From a bacterium (GTDB taxonomy: Bacteria; Patescibacteriota; Microgenomatia; Woykebacterales; RBG-16-39-9b), in NCBI GenBank assembly GCA_030704665.1, contig JAUYID010000009.1, positions 163 to 64,162 on the forward strand: DNA of 64,000 bases, in the 5' to 3' direction. The translations under genes were made by a program, and so were the position numbers. Below, piece after piece: positions 39,997-48,238 of this stretch (positions are counted from its first letter, which is position 1; every line of letters starts with the position of its first letter). The notes below the pieces were generated by a model. That model had not been told where the DNA came from and ran no database searches. It saw only the letters and a program-made list of their open reading frames with translations.

Positions 39997-40389
39997 CTAA
40001 TAGTCGAGTGGGTTGCACTCGTAGCAGTCGCGCTCGTCGCCAGTGTGGATTTTCCCCGCAGCGATGTGAAATGCGTCTCGGTCATCGTCCTCGACCGGAT
40101 ACATCTCATCGAACACATCGTCGTCGCTGACGCCGTGCTCGATCGACTGAAGCTCAGCGATAATCGCTCTCCTGACGGACGGTGGTGTATCGGAGGCCGT
40201 CAGCCTGGCAGTGTTGTAGTCCCCTTCTTCAGGAACCCTACCACCAGTAATCTGATCCAGCCGCTCCCAGTAAGTTGCCAAAACGTTTCCCCTCTCACTC
40301 TCATGCGAGACTCTGGCTTTCCGCCAGGCTACTCGGTGTAGGTGACGATTGCAGTCAGGAAGATTGCTCGCCCGCCGCTTTGGAGCCAC
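39997..40389 (-). CDS. Island gene 3: acidic small protein (95-130 aa depending on start; a TTG at 40281 avoids overlap), unknown function
   Basis: C-terminal acidic stretch DDDVFDEMYPVEDDDRD and CYECNPLDY. Start is ambiguous: GTG at 40389 overlaps gene 2 by 61 nt, while TTG at 40281 follows the conserved intergenic motif. Confidence 0.4.
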   Translation of the reverse strand: MAPKRRASNLPDCNRHLHRVAWRKARVSHESERGNVLATYWERLDQITGGRVPEEGDYNTARLTASDTPPSVRRAIIAELQSIEHGVSDDDVFDEMYPVEDDDRDAFHIAAGKIHTGDERDCYECNPLDY

Positions 40390-40547
40390 TGAACAGAGGC
40401 CCCCGGATGCTCAGCAACGAAGTTGTTCACTTCGTCCTGCAGCGTCTTCAAACGCTCTTCGTACTGACCCGCGTAACCATAGGTCGGACGACTAAACACT
40501 TGGAACATTTCCACCTTTCCCTTCTGGCTGTCGGTCTGAGTGACCAT
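40329..40547 (-). CDS. Island gene 2: 72-aa soluble protein with a DUF4177-like pattern (weak resemblance)
   Basis: ATG with GGAGGA 4 nt upstream. Pattern: beta-strand (VEMFQVF), GY.G, helix, GG, terminal strand (AIFLTAIVTY). Confidence 0.5.
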   Translation of the reverse strand: MVTQTDSQKGKVEMFQVFSRPTYGYAGQYEERLKTLQDEVNNFVAEHPGASVQWLQSGGRAIFLTAIVTYTE

Positions 40548-40581
40548 TCTTTCCTCCGCGTGTCTCTGGCTTCACGCCAGG

Positions 40582-40812
40582 CTAATCGGCAAAGATTCGG
40601 TCCGCTCGCACCAGGAATAGCACAAGGGCTGCGAAGCCCAGTGCATAGGTACCAGCGGCGAGCGTGACGATCCGATCCTTGTTGCCTATCGTGTCTGAAG
40701 GCCAGCCCAGAAGGCCAAAGACGGCGTTCACCACAAGGGCCAGTCCGGCTACGACGACTATGAGCATGACTGTAGACACGTACTTCTGCAAGAAGTTGCT
40801 GGTGATTACCAT
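40582..40812 (-). CDS. Island gene 1: 76-aa two-TM membrane protein
   Basis: ATG start. Two hydrophobic helices (VMLIVVVAGLALVVNAVFGLL and LAAGTYALGFAALVLFLV). First gene after the consensus promoter. Confidence 0.5.
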   Translation of the reverse strand: MVITSNFLQKYVSTVMLIVVVAGLALVVNAVFGLLGWPSDTIGNKDRIVTLAAGTYALGFAALVLFLVRADRIFAD

Positions 40813-41239
40813 TGCCTGGCCTCTCGTCCTCTGACCTTGCGATCAAGCTACTGCTTGCCGTTGCCGCGTCGCCTTCGGTCCTGAGTTACAAGTCGCTCGA
40901 GGCGTGCTTGCACCTTGGGCGTGGCGTTCCTGCGTATCTGCGCATCCGAACGCGCCGCCGGTTTCTTGGACCGAGAAAACACAAGTCTCATAGGTTTGCC
41001 GAAATCCTTTTGATTTCAAAGAGCTGGGTGGATACAAGAGCGCAAAGCTTGTGCTCCTGCTTAAGCAAACCAACCTTGCGGCTGACTTTCTTAAGAAAAT
41101 CAAAAAAGGCACCTGGTAACTGGTATCGATCTGTCCAAGACTTCAGGGCGGTTTTCGCAATGACAGTTCTACTTAAACATTCAATTCCAGTTACTAGATG
41201 CCTTATCTAAGTAACTACTATTCAGTTTTTAATAAAAGG

Positions 41240-41268
41240 ATTATAACAAAGTGTAAAAGAAAAGTCAA
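41240..41268 (-). promoter_or_regulatory. Near-perfect sigma70 promoter TTGACT-N17-TATAAT reading leftward into the four-gene GC-rich island
   Basis: Minus strand reads TTGACT-tttcttttacactttgt-TATAAT. The -35 overlaps the rplY terminator hairpin GTAACTAC...GTAGTTgAC. Confidence 0.6.
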
Positions 41269-41284
41269 CTACTATGGGTCGTAG

Positions 41285-41983
41285 TTACTCTTTGGGGGTT
41301 TCTTCAGTACTCTCAGTGGCTTTCTCTTCTCCACCTTCGGCTGCTTCACCTTCTTCACCTTCACCTTTTTCGGCAATAGCCTCAACCGCTTCTGGGGAGA
41401 CCACTTCCTCTTCAACTTCTTCTTTCATTTCCGCGGTTTGGACGGAAACAATCACTTCTTCAGGATCGTTTTGAATAGCGACTTTTTCTTTGTCGGCTTT
41501 CAAATCCTTGACGTGAATTGCTTGTCCCACCTCTTCAAGTTTATCCACCGAAACTTCAAAATTGTGGGGAATGTCAGCTGGCAAACACTCAACTTCAACT
41601 TCGTTCAGGGTTTGTAGAATCAAACCGACACCGGATTTTTCCGCTGGTGACTCACCTGCCAAAACAACTGGAACGTTGGTGACAATTTTTTCCTTGAGGT
41701 TCACTTCGTGGAAGTCAATGTGAATAACCGAGTCACTCTTGGGATCACGCTGAACACGGTGAACCAGTACTGGGTGTGTCTTTGAACCAACCGCAAGTTC
41801 GACTAGGCCGGTTTCCCCGACCTGACGGAAAGTTTTCTGAAATTCCTTTTTATCAACCTGAAGAGCCTCAGACTTAATTTCTTTACCAAAGAGGTTGGCT
41901 GGAATAATTCCGCTAGCACGCAGCCTCTTTACTTTTTTACCCAGATCGGTTCTTTCTTGAACGGTTAGTTTTATTTTATCCAT
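41285..41983 (-). CDS. rplY: 50S ribosomal protein L25/general stress protein Ctc, with a long acidic C-terminal extension
   Basis: MDKIKLTVQERTDLGKKVKRLRASGIIPANLFGK. C-terminal EEVEEEVV...GEGEEGE tail. Confidence 0.8.
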   Translation of the reverse strand: MDKIKLTVQERTDLGKKVKRLRASGIIPANLFGKEIKSEALQVDKKEFQKTFRQVGETGLVELAVGSKTHPVLVHRVQRDPKSDSVIHIDFHEVNLKEKIVTNVPVVLAGESPAEKSGVGLILQTLNEVEVECLPADIPHNFEVSVDKLEEVGQAIHVKDLKADKEKVAIQNDPEEVIVSVQTAEMKEEVEEEVVSPEAVEAIAEKGEGEEGEAAEGGEEKATESTEETPKE

Positions 41984-42059
41984 AGAAGAGTACTTATTAT
42001 CAACTATAAAAGGAGATCTTGCTAGAAGCAATTATATCCGGCTTGTCAATTGGTTGGTT

Positions 42060-42461
42060 TTAGTTAACTGAATCTGAGCCAAGGGAAACTCCTAGGTCAG
42101 TTTGGGCTTGGCGCGAGAAGCGCAGCGAGCGGTCCAGTCCGCGAATCGCGCTGGTTTTGAGTTTTTTTAACTCTTCTTTGATGTCCAGAACATCATCAGC
42201 GGTAATCGTTGAGTGCGGCAAATTTATTCGTGGGTTTTTAGCCTCCTGCTTCCTTTCGACCCCGTTGTGGCGAACCGCAGCCGCCAGCATCTGCTCCCGC
42301 TGACAATTGGGACAAACATAATGGGCAATCAGTGAATTTTTGTTTTCTGAGATGATCTCCAAAGACTTTGGGTCAAACGGAGCAGAACAAGTACAAACCC
42401 ATTCCTTACCAAACTGTTCCTCAAATTGTTTAACTAAACTTTTTTTCATTGCTAGCTTCAA
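42060..42461 (-). CDS. Hypothetical protein with CxC...CPNC zinc-ribbon-like motif
   Basis: CTCS and CPNCQ pairs; no family recognised. Confidence 0.35.
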   Translation of the reverse strand: MKLAMKKSLVKQFEEQFGKEWVCTCSAPFDPKSLEIISENKNSLIAHYVCPNCQREQMLAAAVRHNGVERKQEAKNPRINLPHSTITADDVLDIKEELKKLKTSAIRGLDRSLRFSRQAQTDLGVSLGSDSVN

Positions 42462-42480
42462 TTTAAGTATAGCACGGGCC

Positions 42481-44166
42481 TCAAGGAGCTGTCGAGGCAG
42501 AGGCCTCGATACTCTCTAAACTTGTTTTTAGTGCTTCAGACACAGAGCTAGCAAGAGCTGCAATTTTCTGATTGAGACTTTTTAATTTAACTGCCTCAAC
42601 CCCAAGACTGGGAGCCAGTTTGGAAGTTTTAACTTGATCCAAATTTGCCTCGGACAAATCCAAGTTCTGCTGGACCTCAACTAGAACTTGGCTTGTTTCA
42701 CTGAGCTTTTCTCGGCCTTTTTCTACTTCTCCACTCTTGGTCAGCTCGTCAGCATCGATAATATTTTTTACTGCTTGAGCGGTCAATTCAACCGCCGTGG
42801 CAGAATTTTCAGTCGCCAAAAGATACTGCTCGTTGGCTCGATAAGTAGTTGCCTGACCGCTAATTTGGAAAAGCCAACGAATATTGGTCAAGTTTTGGTC
42901 CGCCGCGCGAGTTTTCTCCTGAACTGTCTTGATCAGGTCAATCGTCGTGGTAGTCTTGTCCTGATCCAAATTCTCACTTGCTTTAAGGAGATTTTTGCTC
43001 GCTTCCCGACTGTTCCAAACAAAGCTAATGAAGGGAACAGCGGTCGTCAAAAGGACTAGTGCTAGCGAAGAGGAGAAAATCAGTAAGCGCAAATGAGACC
43101 GGTTTTTTCCCTTCTCTTCCTTTTTGTAGATTTTTTCAGCTGGGCTCGTTGGCGCAAGAGCCAAATCGACCATCTTGGCTGGTACACCACGGAAGGCTTG
43201 GAAAGTACTACTCAAACCTTCGGCTAAATTGACACGCGGGTGCCACTTCAGTTTTTCTTTACTCCCCTCAAGATCGATTGGAGCCGGTGGCAGTTCAACA
43301 CTGCTTGAAGCTTTGCTATGCTCAATTTCTAAATCCCCTGCTACCAAGCGCAAAGTCTCGGCCAAACCTAAGGCGGTTGTTTTTTCCGGATCGATGAGGT
43401 TAAAAATCTCCCCTTTAAAGTCTCCGGTAGCAATTTTGATCAAACCAAAAACCACGTCAGAAACGAAAGTTGGGTTTAAAGTGGTCAGCCCATCTCCCAC
43501 GATGAGCAGCTTCTCACCCTCTTTGGCCGAAGCAATCAAGCTGGTCAGCTCCCCTTCTCCTTCCAAATTCATCCGTGGACCATAAACATCAAGGACACGA
43601 GCGATAGATGCTTCCAAAGAATAGTTTTTATAAAATTCGACCGTCAGAGCTTCGGCAAAGCGCTTGGCTTCGTGTTGGCTCATAATTGCTTCTTGCTTGC
43701 CCTCGCCAAAATAAATTTTTAGTGAACTAGAAGAAAAACTGCCTTGGTAAATATCGGCCGAGGAAACCAAGATAAACTTAGCTTTGTATTTTTTGGCTGT
43801 TTCCAGGAGATTGCGGGTGCCACTGGAGTTAACGAGCAGAGTTTCCAGAGAAAACTTTTGGTTTTGGCTTTGAGCTTCAAGGGAAGCCAAGTGGAAAATG
43901 ACGTCCAAACCCTCTACCCCTTCGAGAAAATCCAAGGGGTGGGTGATATCAGCTTCGATGAAATGGAAGTTCGGGTTGACCAGAAGGTCCTTGATGGTTT
44001 CTTTACTTCCCGTACTGAGATTGTCAGCGCAAAAAACTCGCCAGTTTTGATTTAACAAAGCTTCGCAGAGATGCGAGCCAATGAAACCGGCTCCCCCTGC
44101 CACCAGAGCAGTTTGAGTGTTTTCTTTTGAGAATTCTGGTTTTTCTTTTTTGGGTTCGGCAGTCAT
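42481..44166 (-). CDS. NAD-dependent sugar-nucleotide epimerase/dehydratase (UDP-glucuronate decarboxylase-like) fused to a C-terminal TM and coiled-coil region
   Basis: N-terminal Rossmann motif VAGGAGFIGSHL and a YxxxK-type region. A TM helix near residue 350, then a coiled-coil tail. Confidence 0.65.
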   Translation of the reverse strand: MTAEPKKEKPEFSKENTQTALVAGGAGFIGSHLCEALLNQNWRVFCADNLSTGSKETIKDLLVNPNFHFIEADITHPLDFLEGVEGLDVIFHLASLEAQSQNQKFSLETLLVNSSGTRNLLETAKKYKAKFILVSSADIYQGSFSSSSLKIYFGEGKQEAIMSQHEAKRFAEALTVEFYKNYSLEASIARVLDVYGPRMNLEGEGELTSLIASAKEGEKLLIVGDGLTTLNPTFVSDVVFGLIKIATGDFKGEIFNLIDPEKTTALGLAETLRLVAGDLEIEHSKASSSVELPPAPIDLEGSKEKLKWHPRVNLAEGLSSTFQAFRGVPAKMVDLALAPTSPAEKIYKKEEKGKNRSHLRLLIFSSSLALVLLTTAVPFISFVWNSREASKNLLKASENLDQDKTTTTIDLIKTVQEKTRAADQNLTNIRWLFQISGQATTYRANEQYLLATENSATAVELTAQAVKNIIDADELTKSGEVEKGREKLSETSQVLVEVQQNLDLSEANLDQVKTSKLAPSLGVEAVKLKSLNQKIAALASSVSEALKTSLESIEASASTAP

Positions 44167-44224
44167 TTTTTTGTTGCTAACTTCAGGCCATTTTAGTGAA
44201 AAACTTTTTTCTGCGCAACAACTA

Positions 44225-44671
44225 TTATTCTATCTCTTTAGAGAAGTCTTGTCTTGAGTCCAAGGTGAGGTTTACTGCCCGATCAGCCTGGTAGTTTTTC
44301 TCTCTCGGTACGTGAGTATACGAAACCTGTGTAAATTTTCCTTCCAGTTCTCGTATTTGCTCGACCAAAGGACCTAGATTGGGGGCCTTGATTTTGAAGA
44401 GCCCATTCAACTGCTGAACCACTAGATTCGAATCTAAAAAGAACTCAACCTGAGCTCTTCCTGGTTCAGCAAAGTTAAGGGCCTGTTTCAAACCCAAAAT
44501 CACACCTTGATATTCGGCGTAATTGTTGGTATTAATCCCTAAATATTTACCGCACAATAACCGCAGTTTTTCCGCAGGAATTTCCAAAAAAACTCCGGCT
44601 GCAGCTGGGCCCGGGTTACCCCGTGCACCCCCGTCGGAAAATATCGTTATCCTTTTGGGACTGACAACCAT
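44225..44671 (-). CDS. rnhA: Ribonuclease HI
   Basis: IFSDGGARGNPGPAA and DEDD-type catalytic pattern. Confidence 0.85.
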   Translation of the reverse strand: MVVSPKRITIFSDGGARGNPGPAAAGVFLEIPAEKLRLLCGKYLGINTNNYAEYQGVILGLKQALNFAEPGRAQVEFFLDSNLVVQQLNGLFKIKAPNLGPLVEQIRELEGKFTQVSYTHVPREKNYQADRAVNLTLDSRQDFSKEIE

Positions 44672-45235
44672 TTAATTCTTGGTGGTAATGACAATATGGC
44701 GCTCTGCGCCTTCGTCCTGGGAAACTGCTTCCAAATCAGAGTCTTCTGAAAAGAGAAGGTGGACAAAGCGTCTTTGTGAAGCTGGCATTGGTGGTAAACT
44801 GGCGGGTTGGCCAGTTTCTTTTACTTTAGTAGTGGCCTGCTCTACCAAACTACGCAGAGCTTCCTCTCTTTCGCCCTTCCAACCCCCAACGTCAAGGTCC
44901 ACATGCAGCCACTCTTCGGGCGCTAGTTTTTTATTGACCACTAAACTAAGGAGCAGCTGTAGTGATTCCAGCGTTTCACCGTGAAAGCCAATGAGAATTC
45001 CTAAATTTTCCCCGAGAATTTTTACAACAACCCGATCGCTTTGCTTCTCTACCTCCAAATCGGCTTGGATACCGAGGTTACCAACAAATTCAGAGGCGAT
45101 GTCTTTTATTTTTTGTTCCAAACTATCCATGACTTTAGGCCTCCCCATCCGGCAATATAGTATTGCTGGAATATACCAAAAACCGTACTGACAAGCCAGT
45201 AGAGAAAGATTCCCGCTGGTAAAACGTTGGCCCAC
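44672..45235 (-). CDS. jag: Jag/SpoIIIJ-associated KH-R3H RNA-binding protein
   Basis: R3H-type GENLGILIGFHGETLESLQ. Position downstream of yidC. The true start is probably the internal MDSLEQ. Confidence 0.65.
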   Translation of the reverse strand: MGQRFTSGNLSLLACQYGFWYIPAILYCRMGRPKVMDSLEQKIKDIASEFVGNLGIQADLEVEKQSDRVVVKILGENLGILIGFHGETLESLQLLLSLVVNKKLAPEEWLHVDLDVGGWKGEREEALRSLVEQATTKVKETGQPASLPPMPASQRRFVHLLFSEDSDLEAVSQDEGAERHIVITTKN

Positions 45236-45834
45236 AAAAGTAAGAAGGCGGGGAAAAGATAGACGAGCTGACCCTGACTCGCCTGCAAGGCTTCAGCAAA
45301 ATCCTTTTTTTCTGCCTTTTCTTCCTTAGAGTCTTCTTTGTGGGTTTTGACTGGCTCGGGCAAAGTCATTTTTGCTTGCAGCAAAGTTGCCACCGCGGTC
45401 AGAGCTACCAACAAGCCGGGCAATTTAAAGGGAACGCCTTGCACGGTCCAAGTATCAAAGCGGGCTAAATCAAAATAGAGAAAGTGGGTTTCGACCCCAG
45501 CTTTGAGGATATGTTGCAAACTTGTAAAAAGCAGAAAGGCGATGGCAATTTGAACTAAAGGAGCCAGACAACCAGTAGCGGGGTTGAGCCCGGCCTCACG
45601 GTAGAGTTTAGTTTGCTCTTCCATGTGTTTAGCTTTGTTGTGACCATGTTTTTTCTTAATCTCATCAAGTTTGGGCTTAAGATCCCGCATTTTTTGGGTA
45701 TAGCTCAAACTACTTTTCAAAAAAGGGTGGAAAACAGCTCTCGAAACAATACCAATGAAAATGATCGTCAAGCCGAGGTTGTTAAAAAGAATTTTGTTTA
45801 TTGCTAGTAGTAAATCTACAAAAAGATTAATCAT
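45106..45834 (-). CDS. yidC: Membrane protein insertase YidC/Oxa1 (short form)
   Basis: Five TM helices, conserved [14 protein letters not shown] region, and rpmH-rnpA-yidD-yidC synteny. Confidence 0.8.
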   Translation of the reverse strand: MINLFVDLLLAINKILFNNLGLTIIFIGIVSRAVFHPFLKSSLSYTQKMRDLKPKLDEIKKKHGHNKAKHMEEQTKLYREAGLNPATGCLAPLVQIAIAFLLFTSLQHILKAGVETHFLYFDLARFDTWTVQGVPFKLPGLLVALTAVATLLQAKMTLPEPVKTHKEDSKEEKAEKKDFAEALQASQGQLVYLFPAFLLLWANVLPAGIFLYWLVSTVFGIFQQYYIAGWGGLKSWIVWNKK

Positions 45835-46133
45835 TTGACTGGGTCAAAACCCCCTTTCGAAAATGGGTTACAAGAAAGAATTCTTTTTGAACCCAAAAAA
45901 GTTCCTCTTATGATACCATACTTATCAATTGCTTCATAAGTATACTGGGAGCAACTTGGGTAATAGCGGCAAACTTTCTTTCCCCCCATCAAAACTTTCA
46001 GCATTCCAGTATCAAAGGAGAGATATTTTTGGTAAAACCTGATGCAAACTAGTGCGAATTTCCTCATAACTAGACTCAATAATAGTCGGATAGCCAATAA
46101 AAATAAAGTCAAAACCAGAAGGAAGGTCTCCAA
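45831..46133 (-). CDS. yidD: Membrane protein insertion efficiency factor YidD
   Basis: [10 protein letters not shown]...[11 protein letters not shown] signature. The real start is probably the internal MLKVLM. Confidence 0.8.
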   Translation of the reverse strand: METFLLVLTLFLLAIRLLLSLVMRKFALVCIRFYQKYLSFDTGMLKVLMGGKKVCRYYPSCSQYTYEAIDKYGIIRGTFLGSKRILSCNPFSKGGFDPVK

Positions 46134-46347
46134 TTTTTTCCTGGACCGCCTCGGTCAGTCTCCTCTTGGCGAGATTCCTTTTGCTCGCCTTACCCAGCTT
46201 GCCGGTCAACAAAAAACCAAATCGAGAGGCGGCCAATTTGTTCTTTTTGACGAGAATTTTGAACAGCTTGGTCGAAAACTCCCGATCAGAATAGCGGTAA
46301 CGCCATTTGGCCTGCGCTAAATTTAGTCTTTGTTCTGAAGGCAACAT
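46012..46347 (-). CDS. rnpA: RNase P protein component
   Basis: RL..RxxF....G basic pattern, KRNLAKRRL, and position after rpmH. Confidence 0.85.
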   Translation of the reverse strand: MLPSEQRLNLAQAKWRYRYSDREFSTKLFKILVKKNKLAASRFGFLLTGKLGKASKRNLAKRRLTEAVQEKIGDLPSGFDFIFIGYPTIIESSYEEIRTSLHQVLPKISLL

Positions 46348-46348
46348 T

Positions 46349-46486
46349 TTAGAGGGAAAGCTTTTTTCTCTTTGAGGAGCGACGTGCCTTGATGATGGCT
46401 CGACCAGTGCGCGTGGCCATGCGGGCCAAAAAGCCGTGCTTGCGAGCTCTTTTTACTTTTTTGGGTTGATAAGTTCTTTTTGGCAT
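46349..46486 (-). CDS. rpmH: 50S ribosomal protein L34 (45 aa, below the ORF-track cutoff)
   Basis: Manual minus-strand translation gives [45 protein letters not shown], the classic L34 sequence. Confidence 0.85.
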   Translation of the reverse strand: MPKRTYQPKKVKRARKHGFLARMATRTGRAIIKARRSSKRKKLSL

Positions 46487-46685
46487 TTCGGGGCTTAGTA
46501 TACTGAGAGAAAGAATTAGTGTCAACTTTGCTTAAATTTTCTGAGACAAAAATTATATAGAAAGCAATAGTTTTATTGTCTTGCCAACCTTTGTTTCCGG
46601 CGCCTATGATAGTAGAACTTTTGAGGGCTTCCCTTTCTTAGGGTGAATTTCAAAATTTAAATCTAGCCTCTGCCTAAAGGAACTA

Positions 46686-48059
46686 ATGGATCAACACCGT
46701 GTTTGGGAATCAGTTCTCGCCGAACTGAGGATAAATCTTTCTAGTGCCAACTATCAAACTTGGTTCAGGGGGAAGACGCAAATTCTTGCCATCAATGAGC
46801 GCCTAGTAGAAATTGGCTGCCAAAGCTCTTTCGTTCGGGACTGGCTTGAACAGAGATATTACGAGCAAATCAAGGTTTCCCTGGAAAGATTACTCGAGAA
46901 AAACGTCAATTTAGTTTTCAGTGTCAGCCCTCTGACTGATGTGGTGGCAGTCAAAGGCAAAGCAAAACTTTCTGATTCTGAACCGCCTCTTTTTACCTCG
47001 AACAAAAACTTGGACAAAGAAGAGCAGGAACGGGTAGCTCAGGCTGGGCTCAACCCCAATTATACTTTTGCAAACTTCGTCGTGGGCGGCAGCAACCAGC
47101 TTGCCTATGCAGTGGCGGAGGCGATCAGCAAAAAACCAGGGTCGGAATACAACCCTTATTTTATCTACGGCGGGGTCGGGGTCGGCAAGACCCACTTGAT
47201 GCAGGCAATCGGTGGTGCAGTTTTGGCAACCAAGCCTGGCCTTAGAGTTTTTTACTGCACAGCAGAACGATTCACCAACGAGTTGATTGAGTCGATTCAA
47301 ATGCGGAAAACCGCCGCTTTCCGAAATCGTTATCGCAGTATTGACCTTTTGATGATTGATGATGTCCAGTTCATCGCGGGAAGAGAAAGCACTCAGGAAG
47401 AGTTTTTCCACACCTTTAACGCGCTCTATTCAAACGGCAAGCAAGTCGTTCTGACTTCTGACCGACCTCCCGCGGAAATAAAAAAGCTTGAAGAGCGGCT
47501 GCGCAGCCGCTTTGAAGGGGGAATGATTTCTGACATCCAAAGCCCTGATGTTGACTTGAAAGAAGCGATTCTGCTCTCCAAGTGCCGCCTCCAAAACCAG
47601 GAGATTCCCGCAGAAGTCCTCCACTTTCTGGCGTTGGCCAGCGCGGGTAGTGTTCGGGATCTTGAGGGTTGTTTGGTCCGGCTAATTACCCGCTCAAAAA
47701 TGAGCGGGGAAGCTTACAGTCTCGAACTAGCGAAAAAAATTGTTGGCGACAAGATTGTTGAGCGCCGCCCCAACTCGGCGCGGAAGGTAGTCGAGCTGGT
47801 AGCTAGCTTCTTCGACGTCAAACAAGGGGATCTCAAAGGCTCAAGCCGGCAAGCACGTTTTGTTTTACCGCGACAGATTGCCATGTATCTTCTGCGCAAG
47901 GATCTAGGGTTGCCTTTAGAAAAGGTTGCTGAAATCCTAGGGAAAAAAGACCACACGACCGTAATTCACGGTGTGGACAAAGTAGAAAAGAATGTGGTTA
48001 ACTCAGAGATGTTAGCTTCTTGGCTGCGCCAGCTCCGCGAACAACTCTCTGACGGCTAA
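46686..48059 (+). CDS. dnaA: Chromosomal replication initiator DnaA
   Basis: Walker A GGVGVGKTHL, box VII, C-terminal DNA-binding helix HTTVIHG. Confidence 0.95.
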   Translation: MDQHRVWESVLAELRINLSSANYQTWFRGKTQILAINERLVEIGCQSSFVRDWLEQRYYEQIKVSLERLLEKNVNLVFSVSPLTDVVAVKGKAKLSDSEPPLFTSNKNLDKEEQERVAQAGLNPNYTFANFVVGGSNQLAYAVAEAISKKPGSEYNPYFIYGGVGVGKTHLMQAIGGAVLATKPGLRVFYCTAERFTNELIESIQMRKTAAFRNRYRSIDLLMIDDVQFIAGRESTQEEFFHTFNALYSNGKQVVLTSDRPPAEIKKLEERLRSRFEGGMISDIQSPDVDLKEAILLSKCRLQNQEIPAEVLHFLALASAGSVRDLEGCLVRLITRSKMSGEAYSLELAKKIVGDKIVERRPNSARKVVELVASFFDVKQGDLKGSSRQARFVLPRQIAMYLLRKDLGLPLEKVAEILGKKDHTTVIHGVDKVEKNVVNSEMLASWLRQLREQLSDG

Positions 48060-48238
48060 GAGACTTTTGTACTGTTTCTGTCCACAAAACTGTTCACAAA
48101 AAGCGTCTTTGTTTTGCACACCAATCCGGCTAAGGCTAGCAAGCGTCTGGTAGCACGCCTGCTTGCTGGGTTTTTTCAACAAAACCACACTAACTAATAT
48201 AACTACTAATTAAGTTGTTTAATAATTATTAATAGTAG
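48060..48238. promoter_or_regulatory. Candidate oriC (DnaA-box-like motifs plus AT-rich unwinding element) between dnaA and dnaN
   Basis: TGTCCACAA and TGTTCACAA (near TTATCCACA consensus) at about 48080-48100. Very AT-rich taactaatataactactaattaagttgtttaataattattaatag. Confidence 0.4.

Noticed and set aside
39663-40667. Plus-strand ORFs (70-130 aa) inside the four-gene island
   Set aside because: They lie antisense to RBS-supported minus-strand genes, are Arg/Ser-rich, and have no start signals.
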